A DNA stretch of 64,000 bases from Eledone cirrhosa (taxonomy: Eukaryota), in contig OZ024740.1 in assembly GCA_964016885.1 (NCBI GenBank), positions 55,490,001 through 55,554,000 on the forward strand. The letters are read 5' to 3'. The notes beneath the pieces are model-generated. The model searched no databases and was not told the DNA's origin. It was given only the letters and a program-made list of their open reading frames with translations. Below, one piece after another: positions 13,571 through 26,638 of the stretch; position 1 is the stretch's first letter, and every line of letters begins with the position of its first letter. The translations under genes were made by a program, and so were the position numbers.

Positions 13571-14294
13571 CTCTGTTTGTGTGTGTGTGCATTTATAGTT
13601 AGTTACAACTGTGAAATGTACAGGAAGTTAAGTTTCGTTAGTTTGTTTACCCAAATGATTCATACAGTTGAGATGGCTTCATGCAGTTAAGATTTTAGAA
13701 AGTGTAGAGAGATACCTTACAAATCTAAGTGAAAATGGAGATAACTATAAAAATAATCCAGAAGTGTTTCCCGCTGTGTAGCACAGAGAAGTGGAATATA
13801 CTGTCACAACTGGCTTCAGTGAAATACGCAAATCGACTGCTTCAATTGCTGCCCTCGTGATGCAAAATTTGCAAAATCTGTTCTTAAAAAATGGTCTAGA
13901 CCAGATTAATTGAATTTAATTGTTCGAGTTTCCAATTTAACCCTTGGGTTTTCTGTGAAATAAAAGTTGCCTACCTTATGTCATTTTGAGCGTTATCTTT
14001 CATTTCACTTACATTTGTCAAGGTATTTGCCTATCTATGGATGATTTTGGATTATCTAGTGTGAGAGCACTTGTATGCTTTCTAAAATGCCAAAGGTGGG
14101 AACCGATTTTTTTCATGATACGCTGAATAAGTAGGAGTAAATAATCCAACGAGTCATAAATACTTCTACAAGTCACTTTTGTAGGTAATTATAGTTAACT
14201 CGTCCTATGGACTAAGTATTTTATACCCTTCGATATACCAAATTTGTACTACAGTGTGTCTATATATATATATATATTTATATGTATATATATG

Positions 14295-14375
<81 letters not shown>

Positions 14376-14429
14376 TATATATATATACAGTATATATATA
14401 TATATACATATATACATATAAGACTAAGT

Positions 14430-15745
14430 GATAATTGCAGAAACAGAGCGAATACAGCCAACGAAATATGTATAGATATAAACTCAGCCAATCACCCAAT
14501 CTCTATGTTATGAATTTGATCGACTCTCCATATTTTCTGTCGAGGAGCGAGACTATCAGAGTCCCTAAAGATGCAGCTAAAGCACTATCATCAACCATAG
14601 ACCGACCAGGTGCTAATCACTAATTGACGGCATAACTAGAACCGCCTGTTCGTTCTCCTTTTTTCGGGACTTAATCGAAATATCTCTTCGTTCGCTCACT
14701 CCTCCTCAACATGCTTCTGTTCTCTTCAGCTGTCCATCTCGGACTACTCCCTGCATTCATCCCCCATATGATGACATGGAACGACTCCATGACCGATTCA
14801 ATTGCAACTCAATCGATGGTAACTTTTTTTCAGTGCCTCCGCTGTCGTTGGACGACACCCAGTAGATTCTAGCCACTCTCTGCCTCAAACATCAATATTC
14901 CCGACTAATAACAGAGGTATCCAGCGTGTGACGTCTTCTTGGCTGCCCCAAAATACGATGTGATTGATGCCTTGAAATCTTTTTTCATTAGTAACCTTAG
15001 TGGTATGGATAGCTTACGTCCGAGCCACCTCAGGTTCCTAACTACACGGCACGTCGTTGAGACAGGACTACATCTGTTTCGGAAGATTACTGTTATAAAG
15101 AACAGTCATCTCCAGCTCACATCCCTGGTAATGCCTGCGATAATTTCTCCTAAACTAGTCTGACTGCATTGGAAAGAAATAATGTGTGTATCCGCCACAC
15201 GGCATTGAGTAACATCTTTCGGTGATAAGCGGCCAAAATAACCCCCATATCAATTGTAGCAAACTTCAACAAGGTAAAATACGAATGGGATTTTCTTGCT
15301 TCCTGGTAAACCTGGGCATTCGAAGTGCGTTTTGTAGAATTAAGCGTGACGATATCATAGATATGTCAGAGACATGCCTCCTCAGTACTCCTGGCACATC
15401 TGTCATACGGGACCTCATTTGGTCAACGCTTCTGTCAATATTATCACATACGCCTCAGGGGTGTAACAAATTAACATACATGGCCTGCTTCTTGCTTGTG
15501 TTGGCCGTCGAACATATTGCCATTATAATCGGTATGCTTTTGAATGCCTGGTTTCTGGACGGCACGATATTGTGTAAAACTGTGTAGTCGATCATCTCAG
15601 CTATTTTACTTCTCAGACTTGAGATTAACTCGACCCACTCGGAGGTGATATATGTGAATATGTGAGTTACGGCTGAGGTGTCAGCTGAGGGATACCGACC
15701 ATTCAAGGGATTAAAGTTTAGACCCAACCTTTCGCCCCTCGCCTT
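14430..15745 (+). pseudogene. Highly decayed non-LTR RT fragment, CRE-like
   Basis: Translated pieces SGMDSLRPSHL and LNAWFLDGT resemble CRE-clade GxDGLRPxHL and LNxWYLDDGT; many stops and frameshifts. Confidence 0.45.
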
Positions 15746-15992
15746 TAAAAAGGTCTCTTTTCATTTTTGGCTCTACAGATAATATTCATAAATAAGACAT
15801 GATTACAAATCTCACGTATATAAGTGTGTATGTTTGCTTGCCCATATTTTGCAGCATTAGTTAAATCTTGTATTTGTGTGTTTATATGTGAATTTATATT
15901 ATAATTCAGCCATTTAGTGCGCAATTTTATATAATTAGCTTCCACCATAATACTAACTATATGCATGTTCTCTCTTTTTGTCCTGACATGGC

Positions 15993-16086
15993 GGTGAAGG
16001 CACGTTGCTGACTGGTTAGAGAATTAGATTTGCCATCATGAGGTTGTGATTTTGATTTCCGGACCGGGCGATGCATTATTAAGCAA
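15993..16086 (+). mobile_element. SINE head fragment, family S1
   Basis: GTGAAGGCACGTTGCTGACTGGTTAGAGAATTAGATT...CCGGACCGGGCGATGCATT matches the 3418 head. Confidence 0.7.
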
Positions 16087-16577
16087 ATGAGGTCTGGGAT
16101 CTTGCCGAACGACCCTCGATAGCGTTAACATGATCATATCCTATTAAAAATCTGTGGTGAGGCTAAAAATTCATCGAAATTTTCAAATAGATAACAGTAT
16201 TGAGGAAACAACATTAAACCAACCCCTCTTTTAGACTATATACACGCAGACGAAATTCATTTCACAGCTAGACAATAATTATACCAAATCTTTAACCTGA
16301 TATACGTTACCTTTGCTTTTTAGCCCCTTGAGCAGCTGTTATTGAATATGTTTATGGCAAATTTTAAGTCAACAATGATGATGGAGATTTGTTTTCTATT
16401 TCTATCAGAATAAACGGGCGAATAAAGATAGCAGAGCCTTACACATATATTTAGTATGACGGTGCATTGCATGTTAAATTTATCAGTACGTTGCGTTGCC
16501 ATGACACACAGAAGAGTACCTTCGATTGGTAGAAATAATGATTCACCCGCAGCATAAACTATAGGCGATATTGTTCA

Positions 16578-17406
16578 TCTATATATATAAAGTTGTAGTT
16601 CCTGTCTGTTTGTTTGTTTGTTCATGAACTACTCCTATGGTCTTGGAGATAGACCCCCATAACCATATATATTCTGAAACTACATTGCCCCGGGTACTTG
16701 GATAAGTATATTTTATTTTAATCAAAGGGTTCCTCGGGGGCACAAACCCCTGCTGAATACGTTCGCTGAAAATTTTCCACTTCGATTTATATGAAATTTA
16801 AACAATAGGTAAATGACAAGATATGATGCCGATTCACAAAATTTCAGCTAATTTCAAGAATATTAAGACACTCTAATGGGGTTTAAACGCCCTATTATGG
16901 TTCACCGCGGGCAGAGACACCCGCCGAAATTTTTTCCCTTCGATTTATATGAAATTTAGACCATAGGTAAATGACAAATAATGATGCCTATTCACAAACG
17001 TTTTGAATTAATATTTTGAAAAAAATGATTTACAAGAAACAAAATAAGAATAAGATTTAATAATGTAATGTTGATTTGATATATTACAAAAAATAATGTT
17101 TTCCAATTTTTCATGCATTACATTGAGTAATATTGAAATACAGAGTTTTTCTCCATAAATTGGTGACGATGGCTTCTAACCCAACACCACAAAGTTAGGA
17201 GGGAGGGAGGGGACAAACCCCAGTACATACACTGTACTTATGTACTGGGGTTTGTCCCCTCCCACCTCCTAACTTTGTGGTGTTGGGTTAGAAACCATCG
17301 TCACCAATTTATGGAGAAAAACTCTGTATTTCAATTATATCAATGATCATTTTCTTAGAAAAAAAGAAATGTGTGTAACGCAGCAAGGCGCGGGTAATTT
17401 GGCTAG
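16578..17406 (+). mobile_element. Non-autonomous Helitron
   Basis: Starts A|TCTATATATATAAAG; ends with GC-rich subterminal CGCAGCAAGGCGCGGG then CTAG|T; no TSD; internal ~75 bp direct repeat at 16766-16840 and 16925-16998. Confidence 0.7.
17132..17335. repeat. ~200 bp near-perfect palindrome inside the Helitron
   Basis: ATTGAAATACAGAG...CCCCAGTACATA / TATGTACTGGGG...CTCTGTATTTCAAT; ~98 bp arms, short loop. Confidence 0.92.
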
Positions 17407-17414
17407 TCAATAAT

Positions 17415-17603
17415 TGTTTCTACTTTTGGCACAAGGCCAGCAATTACCCAGTGCATTACTGGTACTTTATTTTATCAACCCCGTAAGGATGAAAGGCAAA
17501 GTTAACCTCGGCGGAATTTGAACTCAGAATGGCAAGGGCCGTAACTCTATACGTCAAAGCATGGCGTCCAACCCTCTACCGATACTGCCAATCCACCGCC
17601 CTA
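17415..17603 (-). mobile_element. tRNA-derived SINE, family S2, with 16-bp TSD
   Basis: Minus-strand B box GTTCAAATTCC; TSD TTGGCTAGTCAATAAT at 17399-17414 and 17604-17619. Confidence 0.85.
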
Positions 17604-18087
17604 TTGGCTAGTCAATAATAAAACTGAGATGGATGCAAAAATAAGTTCCAGTAGTTGTCATTTATTAGCAACGAGACATTCTTCAGATAAAACTAGACAA
17701 TCTTTAAAAAAATGTATAGAATACGAAACTGGTGGAGTCGATAAAGGCTCGTATGTGATGCTTTGATGAAAGTAGCCCGACTCGTTGCGTTCTCATTTCA
17801 AATCCATGTGTGACCTATTTGAATAATAAAATGAATCAATCATCCGATTTTACATAACAACCGCACCAATGAGTAGCTTATATGAACGAAGAGATGCTCA
17901 CAGCTCTGAACTAGCGTTAATAACAAAAGAAAAAAAAAATAATAATAACCAATACGCTATTAATTAATTACGTATAACTAGGAGAATAATTATAGGTATA
18001 AATCGAAGTGGTAGTTGCAATCAAATAGTTTGAGGCGATCACAAAGCACTCAATGCTAATACATTTTCGTTCATATAAATCCATACA

Positions 18088-18172
<85 letters not shown>

Positions 18173-18529
18173 GTATATATATATAAAACGGCTGGAATTA
18201 TGTGTAAATAGTAATATGTTACCTATAAAGGATGAAGCAAACATCTGCATGACGCCTTTTATTTAATAATGGTAATCTACATTATTTCTTGTCGGCTCCA
18301 AACCGATCTACATAGGCCTTAAAATTTACTCTTTATCATCTTCATGTATACTCATTGGTAACCTTCCCGCTTTTCTTGCGCCTTTTATACCTATATATCT
18401 ACATATGGTCGTGGATATGTTAGGTTAGCCTAGGTAATATTAACTGATGTGTACGCACTGACCGGTTTTTTCGCAGCTGTTTTGTCAGCGAACTATTGCC
18501 GGACCACATGATTATTGTGTACTTATGGG

Positions 18530-18615
18530 ATGGATTGGCAGTATCTGTACAGTGTCAGACATCATAGAGTTATTGCCCTTTACGTTCTGAGTTCAAATCC
18601 CACCAATATCAACTG
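18530..18615 (+). mobile_element. SINE head remnant, S2-like
   Basis: TGGATTGGCAGTATC...CCCTTTACGTTCTGAGTTCAAATCCCACC. Confidence 0.5.
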
Positions 18616-18778
18616 ATCAAAATTATCACTTTATATATTTTTGGGTGTGTGAGTGTGTATTTATATACATACGTATAAATGCTTAAATGTATATATTGTA
18701 TATTATGCTATTAAAATATATAGTATTGTGAAATAAACTTCATTGTAAGAATTAAGTCTTACATTATAGTTATTCACT

Positions 18779-18846
<68 letters not shown>

Positions 18847-19218
18847 CGAGAGAGAGAGAGACATGCCTGCCTAACTACATACATACATTCATACATACGT
18901 AGGTACATACATCGATACGCACATACATAAAGAAAGAGATATCTGAGTGTACCTGAATATCTAAATACCGGTCTCTATTGGATTGCCTGTCTGCGTCTAG
19001 AGAACGGTTTGTGTAATAGTGCATTTGTGCCTTCAGTTGTATGAGTGTGGCATTTCGTTGAATAGGCGTGTAGTTAGACCAGGAGGTGTTTTTTGTTGTA
19101 TGAGTACACATGCGTCTGAATCAAACTTTATATATTTTCTTATGTGTATAAGTGAGTATTTTGTTGAATCTTTGTATACAGTTTCGATTGTGTCCGTACT
19201 TACGACTGCAATTAATTC

Positions 19219-19500
<282 letters not shown>

Positions 19501-20287
19501 AGTTATTTGGACATATACACACACACACGCACACACACTCATATTTATATATACATACATACAAATGCATACACACTTGCCACTTGCGCACACAAACATA
19601 TTATATATGTGTGTGTGTTTGTTTGAATGTGTGTATACCTATGTGTGTATTTGTATATTTGTTGATGATTGAACAGCGTTCTATTCAGTTGGTTGTAAAA
19701 GGAGTGATTATATGTAAACAGGAAAAATGTAGAAAGGGCAGATGAAGAGAGGAACGGTTGATAGACAAAAATCCCACGATGTCATGACTACATTGAACGC
19801 TTCTGGCGTGTAAGTCTTTGCTATGGAATAACTAATAGAATGCGTATAACGAAGCTAATAGAATTGACATTTGCTGCAGTACAGAAGACATGGTTGCTGC
19901 CAACCCGAAAAATTAACATGCAGAAATCTACAACGAATGCCTCCAGATACCCGTATCAGCCTACAATTAGAGCAATAATGTGATTTCAAATCTTGCAACT
20001 GCAGTAAAAACAATCGTGAGTCATTTTTTTCCCTCTCTTTGTTTCACAGTTTTTGCTCCCTTGTTCGCTTTTTTCTCTATTTCGATTTTTCTGGGTTTTT
20101 TCTTTTACTTTTCCTTTTTCAAAAAGTCCCCCTAAAGGGATGTAGCGACACAATTCCAACAAGAATTTGTAGCGGATGGAATATTTCAGACAAGTTCAAA
20201 AGTCTATTTTTAGAATGAAATTAGGGCATTCGAAAGTAACATTTTATCTTTACAATGGATATAGTTTTTTAAATGAATAATTATAAT

Positions 20288-20309
20288 GATGATGATGATG
20301 ATGATGATG

Positions 20310-20368
<59 letters not shown>
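20288..20368. repeat. (GAT)n(AAT)n microsatellite, left border of the retroelement stack
   Basis: Directly visible; abuts the 3' end of LINE copy 1. Confidence 0.95.
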
Positions 20369-20369
<1 letters not shown>

Positions 20370-20611
20370 TTTTCTTTATTAACCACAAGGGTTTACGTAA
20401 AGTAGACATTAAGGACAGTACAGGACAATACAGGACGGTACAAATGGGCATTTCTGCGTGTAAAAAAACAGAGGATGTAATAAAATAACAAAGAAAGATT
20501 CCCCAATAGGGGGGAGACTTCCGAGGGACATTTGTGGAGAAAGCCCATTAAAAGACCACAGTGACCCTGACAACCAGGGTAAGTGCCCTCTCCCAGTTTT
20601 CCACCTTTAAT

Positions 20612-23600
20612 TTACAGACACATACTCAGAGTAGGCCCATTCACTCGGGCCATACTTGCTTCTCTCACCCATCTTTCAACAAAATGCTGGGAAGAGAGCA
20701 CTTCCCTCTCTACCCTGATTTTCCTTTTCAAATGAAATTTGAAAAAGTTAATCAGGGCATCACCGAAGAGGTAAGTGCTCGTCTTCAGGCCTTTCAAACG
20801 TGTCCACCATACTATCATTTTCGCCATGGCCACCAGACAGATAAAAACTGCCTGCCCTTCCCGGCTAAAGGAAGAGGGCGGGGCAATCCTCACGATGGAC
20901 TCAGCTGATAGCTGGATCCGTCCTACACGTGACAGCAGGTGTTCGACATAAACCCACAAGTCAGCAATGCTCGGACATTGGACGAGTGCGTGCAGGATGG
21001 TTTCGTCGCCCTGCGCGCATCTCGGACATGCCCGGCTGACGGCACCTCCATGCCTGTAGAGTTTATCCCGAACTGGCAAAGCTCCCCGGTAGCACTGCCA
21101 GGCCAGGGATTTCTGGAAGTTGTCCATAGGTCCCGGCCCGAAAGTCCTTCCGAAGAGATTGGCTAGTTGATTTTCGTCGACGCCTAGAGTTTCTCCAAGT
21201 AAGTCGTCGCTCTTCCCCTCCACTAATCCTTTATAGAACGCCAAGGTGGAGTTTCCACCGATCACATTGCCCGATTGGTCGAGGGCTGTGAGCGCCTGAA
21301 AACATTCCAGTCTCCAAGCGCTCCCTCTCGGTCTTCGCTTGACCCAGGACTGCAGCTCCATCAAGGAGACGAGCTGGGGAAAGACGCATCTAGCAAACGG
21401 CGACCACACCTGATCACCGTCGAGGAAGAGGTGGAGATGTCGTAGCCTGAGCGCGTGTCTGCGCATCATCAGCCACGGCAACCCAGCCCTCCACGTAGCG
21501 GGTGTTGACAGCAGATGGACCGCCTGACCATCGGAGCACGTCCCTTCCACAAAAAGCGAAAGAACAAACGCTCCAGCGCAGTCAGGCAGGGCTTAGGACA
21601 AGGTACGACGGTCAGGCGGTAGTAGGTGACGGACACGATGTACGCGTTAGCCACCTCCGCTTGACTTTTCAGGGATAGCTTCCTCTCGGCCCATTTCTAG
21701 GTGAGAGAAGCCACCCTGCTCGTCACCTCGTCCCAGTTTTTTTGTCCGTCTGGAGGTCCGGACTGAACCAGACCCCTAGCAATTTAACCGGTCCGTTCGT
21801 CCAGCGCCCGACGACGCTGTTGGACGGCATGGACCTGCCTCTCCAGGTGCCGAGCTGCAAGCCCATTGACTTTTCCTGGTTGATCATTGCTCCTGACACC
21901 GTTCGTATTCTCTTAGTGTAGTGCCGATTGCCTCGATGTGTTTGGCGTTCGACACCACTACGGTGACATCGTCCGCATATGCTGACACGGATCTTCAGCA
22001 TCCTAGTTCGCGCGGGACCCCCCTCAACGTCTCCAATTTGTGCAGTAATGGCTCGAGAGTCAATACGTACAAGCGGGACGAGAGGGGACATCCTTGGCGG
22101 ACCGAGCGCATGATGTTGAACGGTACCGGAAGGTGACCGTTCACTCTCACCACAGAGCATATGTCGCTGTGCATGGCTGCGATCCAGCCTCTGAAGACGG
22201 GCCCAAAGCCAGCCGCCCTCAGGACTGCCGCTAGGTAACGACGGTAGACCTTATAGAAAGCTTTCGACTGATCTAAATTTATCAAAGACCCACCCGTGCC
22301 AGGTTCCCTAGCTACCCTCTCTACGATTTATCATGAGGCGGAGGTTGTCGTGGATGGATCTGTCGGGAATGGTGCATGTCTGCGCCTCTCCCACCAGACC
22401 ACCAACGACAAGCGCCAATCTCTTTGCTAGCACCTTGGCCAAAATCTTGAACTCTGTGTTTAGCAGAGTTATGGGCCTAAAATTATCTATGTTATCCCCC
22501 TTGTTCGGATCCTTTCTCAGCAGCGCCACCGCTCCTCGGCTCACAGAGCTGGGAATTCTCTCGTTCTGTTGCAAGTTGCAGTAGACGTCCGCCAAGAGGC
22601 CTCCGAACAAGTCTGCCATTTGTACGTAAAGTTCATAGGGCAGACCATCCAAACCAGGTGATTTACCCCTTGTGCAGCCAGTCATTGCCTCCCGTACTTC
22701 AGCGGCTGTTATCGGCTTTTCGCAACACTCCGACTCAGTGGCCGAGAGCCGCGGCAGTCGTTCGAGGTATACACTAAAGTCCATCCCTCGATCCGGCCCG
22801 CCGCTGCCCCCGAACAGTTGAGCGAAGTGTCGCTGAAAAGCTTCACACATTTGCCCGGGATCGAGTAGCATGCGCCCGTCGTGGTCCACCAAAGACCGGA
22901 TCGTGGCTTTGTTGCCACGACGCGCCTCCGCCACTCAGGCCCATTGAACGGCTTTCGTCCCCTCGTGTCTGAGAGCACGCACCCTAGCTCTGAAAACGCA
23001 GCCTTCGTGCTTTGCATTGAAGAATTGGTCAAGGGCCAATTTCGCCGCAAGTACGTCGGTCCCGATGCCTTTGCAAAGCGCCTCGTCTAACTTTCTAACT
23101 AATTCTCCCTCTGCTCTATTTTTCTGTATTGCTAAAGCCTTACTAAACCTAATGGACCTTTGGTAAGAGTTGTTGACACCAATTTAGCGGAGAAGTATTT
23201 AGAGGTTGAGTATTGACAGAGGTTGAGCTGGCATGCCAAGAGAAATAAAACAAATCAATTAAGATTACAAGAGAAAATACCGTCGACTGGCTGAGGCGTT
23301 TAGCCAATTCCGTAGTAAAATTGTTGTGTCGTTACATATTGTTTGTGCTGGCGGAGCAAAAGAACAAGTGGTGTTTACCTTAGCAAGGCCTAGTTGGAAG
23401 TGATAGCGTCCTCAAATCTTTGCAGGCTATTTCTCCCTCAGAACGCGTAGGGATACATACTCTTCTACTGGCGCTGATTACTGAGCTGAGCCGAATCACG
23501 CACAGAGAATGTATGTGAGCCCGCGGAATGTAGGTCACTACAGACTCTATTCTAATTGCTCTTTTCAGAGCAAACCACCACTTGTTGTTGACGATGGCCC

Positions 23601-24410
23601 CCGTCAACGCCCACTTAACTAATCCGGTCTCTGTAGGCCCTGCACGCTGGTAAGGACGCGTTTAGCTTCCAGTAGCCGGGTCCTCGTTAATGAAGCCTAT
23701 CTAAGTCAAGCACACAGATCACGAATTTGTGGTCTGTATAGCTGACTATCTTGAATTGTGGACAGCCTATGCTAGACCTATCTATTTCCCTACAAAATAC
23801 TCTATCTAGATATGATCTGGATGACCCTATGCGATTTGTCCAAGTCCACATTGGTACATTCGGGAAATCCAATCGGTACCTGTCAGACAGTTCAAAACGC
23901 CTGAGCAGGTTGGTGAGGCTCTTGCACTCTCCTCCCCTATCCACTAATCCCACACAATCCCAGCGTGCATCTAAGATCCCGTTCCAGTTGCCCACTAACA
24001 CTAAAGAGCGGGACGTTCCAAGAAAGGTCTCCAGACGCCGGAAGAAATCAGGCCGCCCTGCTCCTGTCGTGGCATAGACGGCCACTAGCCTGAAAGCTTG
24101 CCCGTCTCCGCTGGTCACGTCCAGCACCACCAACTTAGCCTCTGGCTCCAGGAAGATGGCCCGTATGGCGAGATGCAAACCTCTCCGAATAAGCACAGCA
24201 ACTCCTCCCCCCGATCCCGGACAGCTGGGAGATGCGTACACATCGTAGCCGCCGAAGATCGGTGCGAAGGCCCATGCTTCGGAGATTCTGGTCTCGCTTA
24301 TGGCCACTACATCTATGTTTAGTGACCTGAGGTCGTTGAGCAGGTGGCCCTGCTTCCATGACGACCCCAAGCCACGCGCATTTGTGCTGCCTATTCAGAG
24401 TGAGGTTATG
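20612..24410 (-). pseudogene. ORF2 (APE-RT) of copy 1, disrupted
   Basis: Fragments 23687-24370, 22308-22934, 21995-22285 and 20612-21550 closely match the 1139-aa ORF2 at 57869; stops, frameshifts and an insertion. Confidence 0.9.
23158..23542 (-). mobile_element. Inserted LTR + PBS-like fragment (Gypsy-like)
   Basis: 385 bp interrupts AATGGACTCT of ORF2 with GAC duplicated; minus strand starts TGTAGTG, ends CGCTAAA, then TGGTGTCAACAACT (PBS-like). Confidence 0.5.
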
Positions 24411-24443
24411 TTGAAATGGAGTGGAAAAGATGGGAAAGACCAC

Positions 24444-26400
24444 TTACCTTACTTCTCGTAGAGGAAGGACGGTTTTTCTATCCTTTTCACTGCTTGTGGC
24501 CTCCTCAGGAAGGATGTCCTTATAAATCCTCCTGGAGAGTGCTTGTCGGAAGTCTCCTATGTCTTTGGGGAATTTTTGTTTTAGTGTCATGTACGTTTTC
24601 TGTGTGATGCGAGTGATTTGTATGTGTGGAGGTGGTGTGAATTTTTGGGTTGTTGTGTAGTCTTTTTCTGTGATGCTGGTGTTGTGTTGGATGTAGTGTA
24701 ATAATTGGTTGTTGTTCAAATTTAATGCTGTGTAGTGTGTATCGTTTAGGTTGTTTTGTTTTGTTTGTGTTTGTTGTGGGTTTGTTTCTGTTTCGCATTT
24801 TGGTGACTTTTGTGGTGTAGGTGATGGTGGTGTTGGGGTTAATGATGGTGATGGTGTTGGTGTTTGGGGTGATGGGGTTGGTGATGCTGGTGTGGATGGT
24901 GGCATATCCGTCCTAACTTTTTTGTTTGTTAATTTATTTGTTTCCCTCTGTATTTTGTTTTTGGAGGGGAAAGGAAGAGAATTTTTTTCTTTTTTGGTTT
25001 CCTTTTTTCTTTTTTCCTGATACCGTTTCCCACTCTTCGTCGTCACAATCTGTCTCCAGTTGTGATAGGCCGGGGAGTGGAAAATCCTCCACATGCGTTA
25101 GTTTTGGTTGTGGCGTGGTGGATGGTGTAGGCGCTGGTGTTAGTTCTGAAGCGTTGGGTGGTGGTGGGGTTGTTGTTGTTATAGTTGCTTCTGTTGTTGC
25201 TGCTACAGTTGTTGCTGCCATCTCTGCTACTGGTGGTGTTGATGGTTGAGTCACTGGGGTGAGTAGGAGAGGTGGCCTCAACCTTTTAGCCTGAGGGCAG
25301 AAAGCCCTTAGGTGGGTTCCTTCACCGCAAACGACACACCTAGGCCTTCTGCCCTCGACAATTACGGTGAGGTGGCTGCCGTCAGTGAGGTCTATTACCT
25401 CTGGGATCTCCTCAACGCTTTTTTGGTCCTTATGGATCAGGAGCTCCATCCCAGATCCGGACCAGTTCTCCTGCTTTTCTTTTGCTATTGCTATTATCTT
25501 GGTGTTGGCTTCGATGCCGGCGAGGACGGCCGCTATTAGCCAGGGAATTTCGATGGCCGGTGGAACGTGGGTCACCCTGATCTTTACGAGTCTCTGGCCA
25601 CAATAGTTTGGGACGAGTGTGAAATCGTCACTTCTTAATGGGGCCATGGAGTGTTCTCTAGCCTCCTCTGGTGTTTTAAAGAACACCTCCACGGTTCCAT
25701 ACTTCTGCCCACGTCTGATGTGGGTTTTTCTTGCCCACACATGTCCCAAAGCTTTTGGGATTTGGGACTCGGATGCCCGTTCCACTCGGCGCTATTTTAC
25801 ATTAATTGCTCGATACGACACAGTGCACAGGCGCTGATGCTCCATTTTATTAGGTGTGGTGGTGGTGGGGGTAGGGGGGGTGAAGCTGACCCTGTACCCA
25901 TCTTTCTTTACCATTTTGGGGGCATTTTCTAATTCCTCCTGAGTTACCGTAAATGCTTCGCACTGTTTTGCTACTCTGGCAAATCTGAGGGTGGTTTTTT
26001 TAATGTCATTGTTGCTGTTGTTGTTCTCGTTATTTTTGTTATTATTAATTTTAGTTTCAGTTGTGGTGGTCGTGACGTCAGTGGTGTTCGGTGTGGAAGA
26101 GTCCATTTTGGTTGAACACATTTCGACATCACGAGTTGATTTATTTTTTCCTTTTGTTTCTGTTGTCGCGGTGGTGGTGGGGGTGGTGGTTGTCGCAGTG
26201 GTGTTGGTGGTGGCGGCTTTAACACCTGCAGTCATTGGTAATGGTGGGAAATGAATGTCTGCCTGAGACAAATTTAAAATATTGCTACTGATTAAATTTT
26301 TAGTGTTGGCAAACGTAGTAATATTTACAATGGTGGTGTCGGTGTGAGGTGTTAGTTTATGAGGAATGCTGTCAACTTCGTGTGGCTGTGAGACTTCCAT
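24444..26400 (-). pseudogene. ORF1 (gag-like, CCHC knuckle) of copy 1, frameshifted
   Basis: Three consecutive ORF pieces 25792-26400, 24934-25785, 24444-25094 homologous to the 698-aa ORF1. Confidence 0.85.
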
Positions 26401-26638
26401 TTTTTTTTTTCAAAGAAATTTTTTTGATAATTATAAATGTTTAAATTTTGGGCACAAGGCCCCAATCTTTTTGAGTGTCCTTTTCGGAAAACAATGTATG
26501 TGCGCTTATAAACAGTTAACAATAAAATTTTCCATAAATGGCAATTTTAAACAAACGGAAATAACAAACCTTTGCGGAGCTCACGATGATACGATTTACT
26601 ACGTAGGTCGCCAATAATAATAATAATAATAATAATAA

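Larger units (their letters stand above)
20369..26612 (-). mobile_element. L1/Tx1-clade LINE copy 1, full length but decayed; distinct 5'UTR/ORF1 on family-A ORF2
   Basis: ORF1 fragments with zinc knuckle CVVCGEGTHLRAFC; ORF2 fragments with APE endonuclease and RT; 3' end CTTGTGGTTAATAAAGAAA; (AAT)n both sides. Confidence 0.92.
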
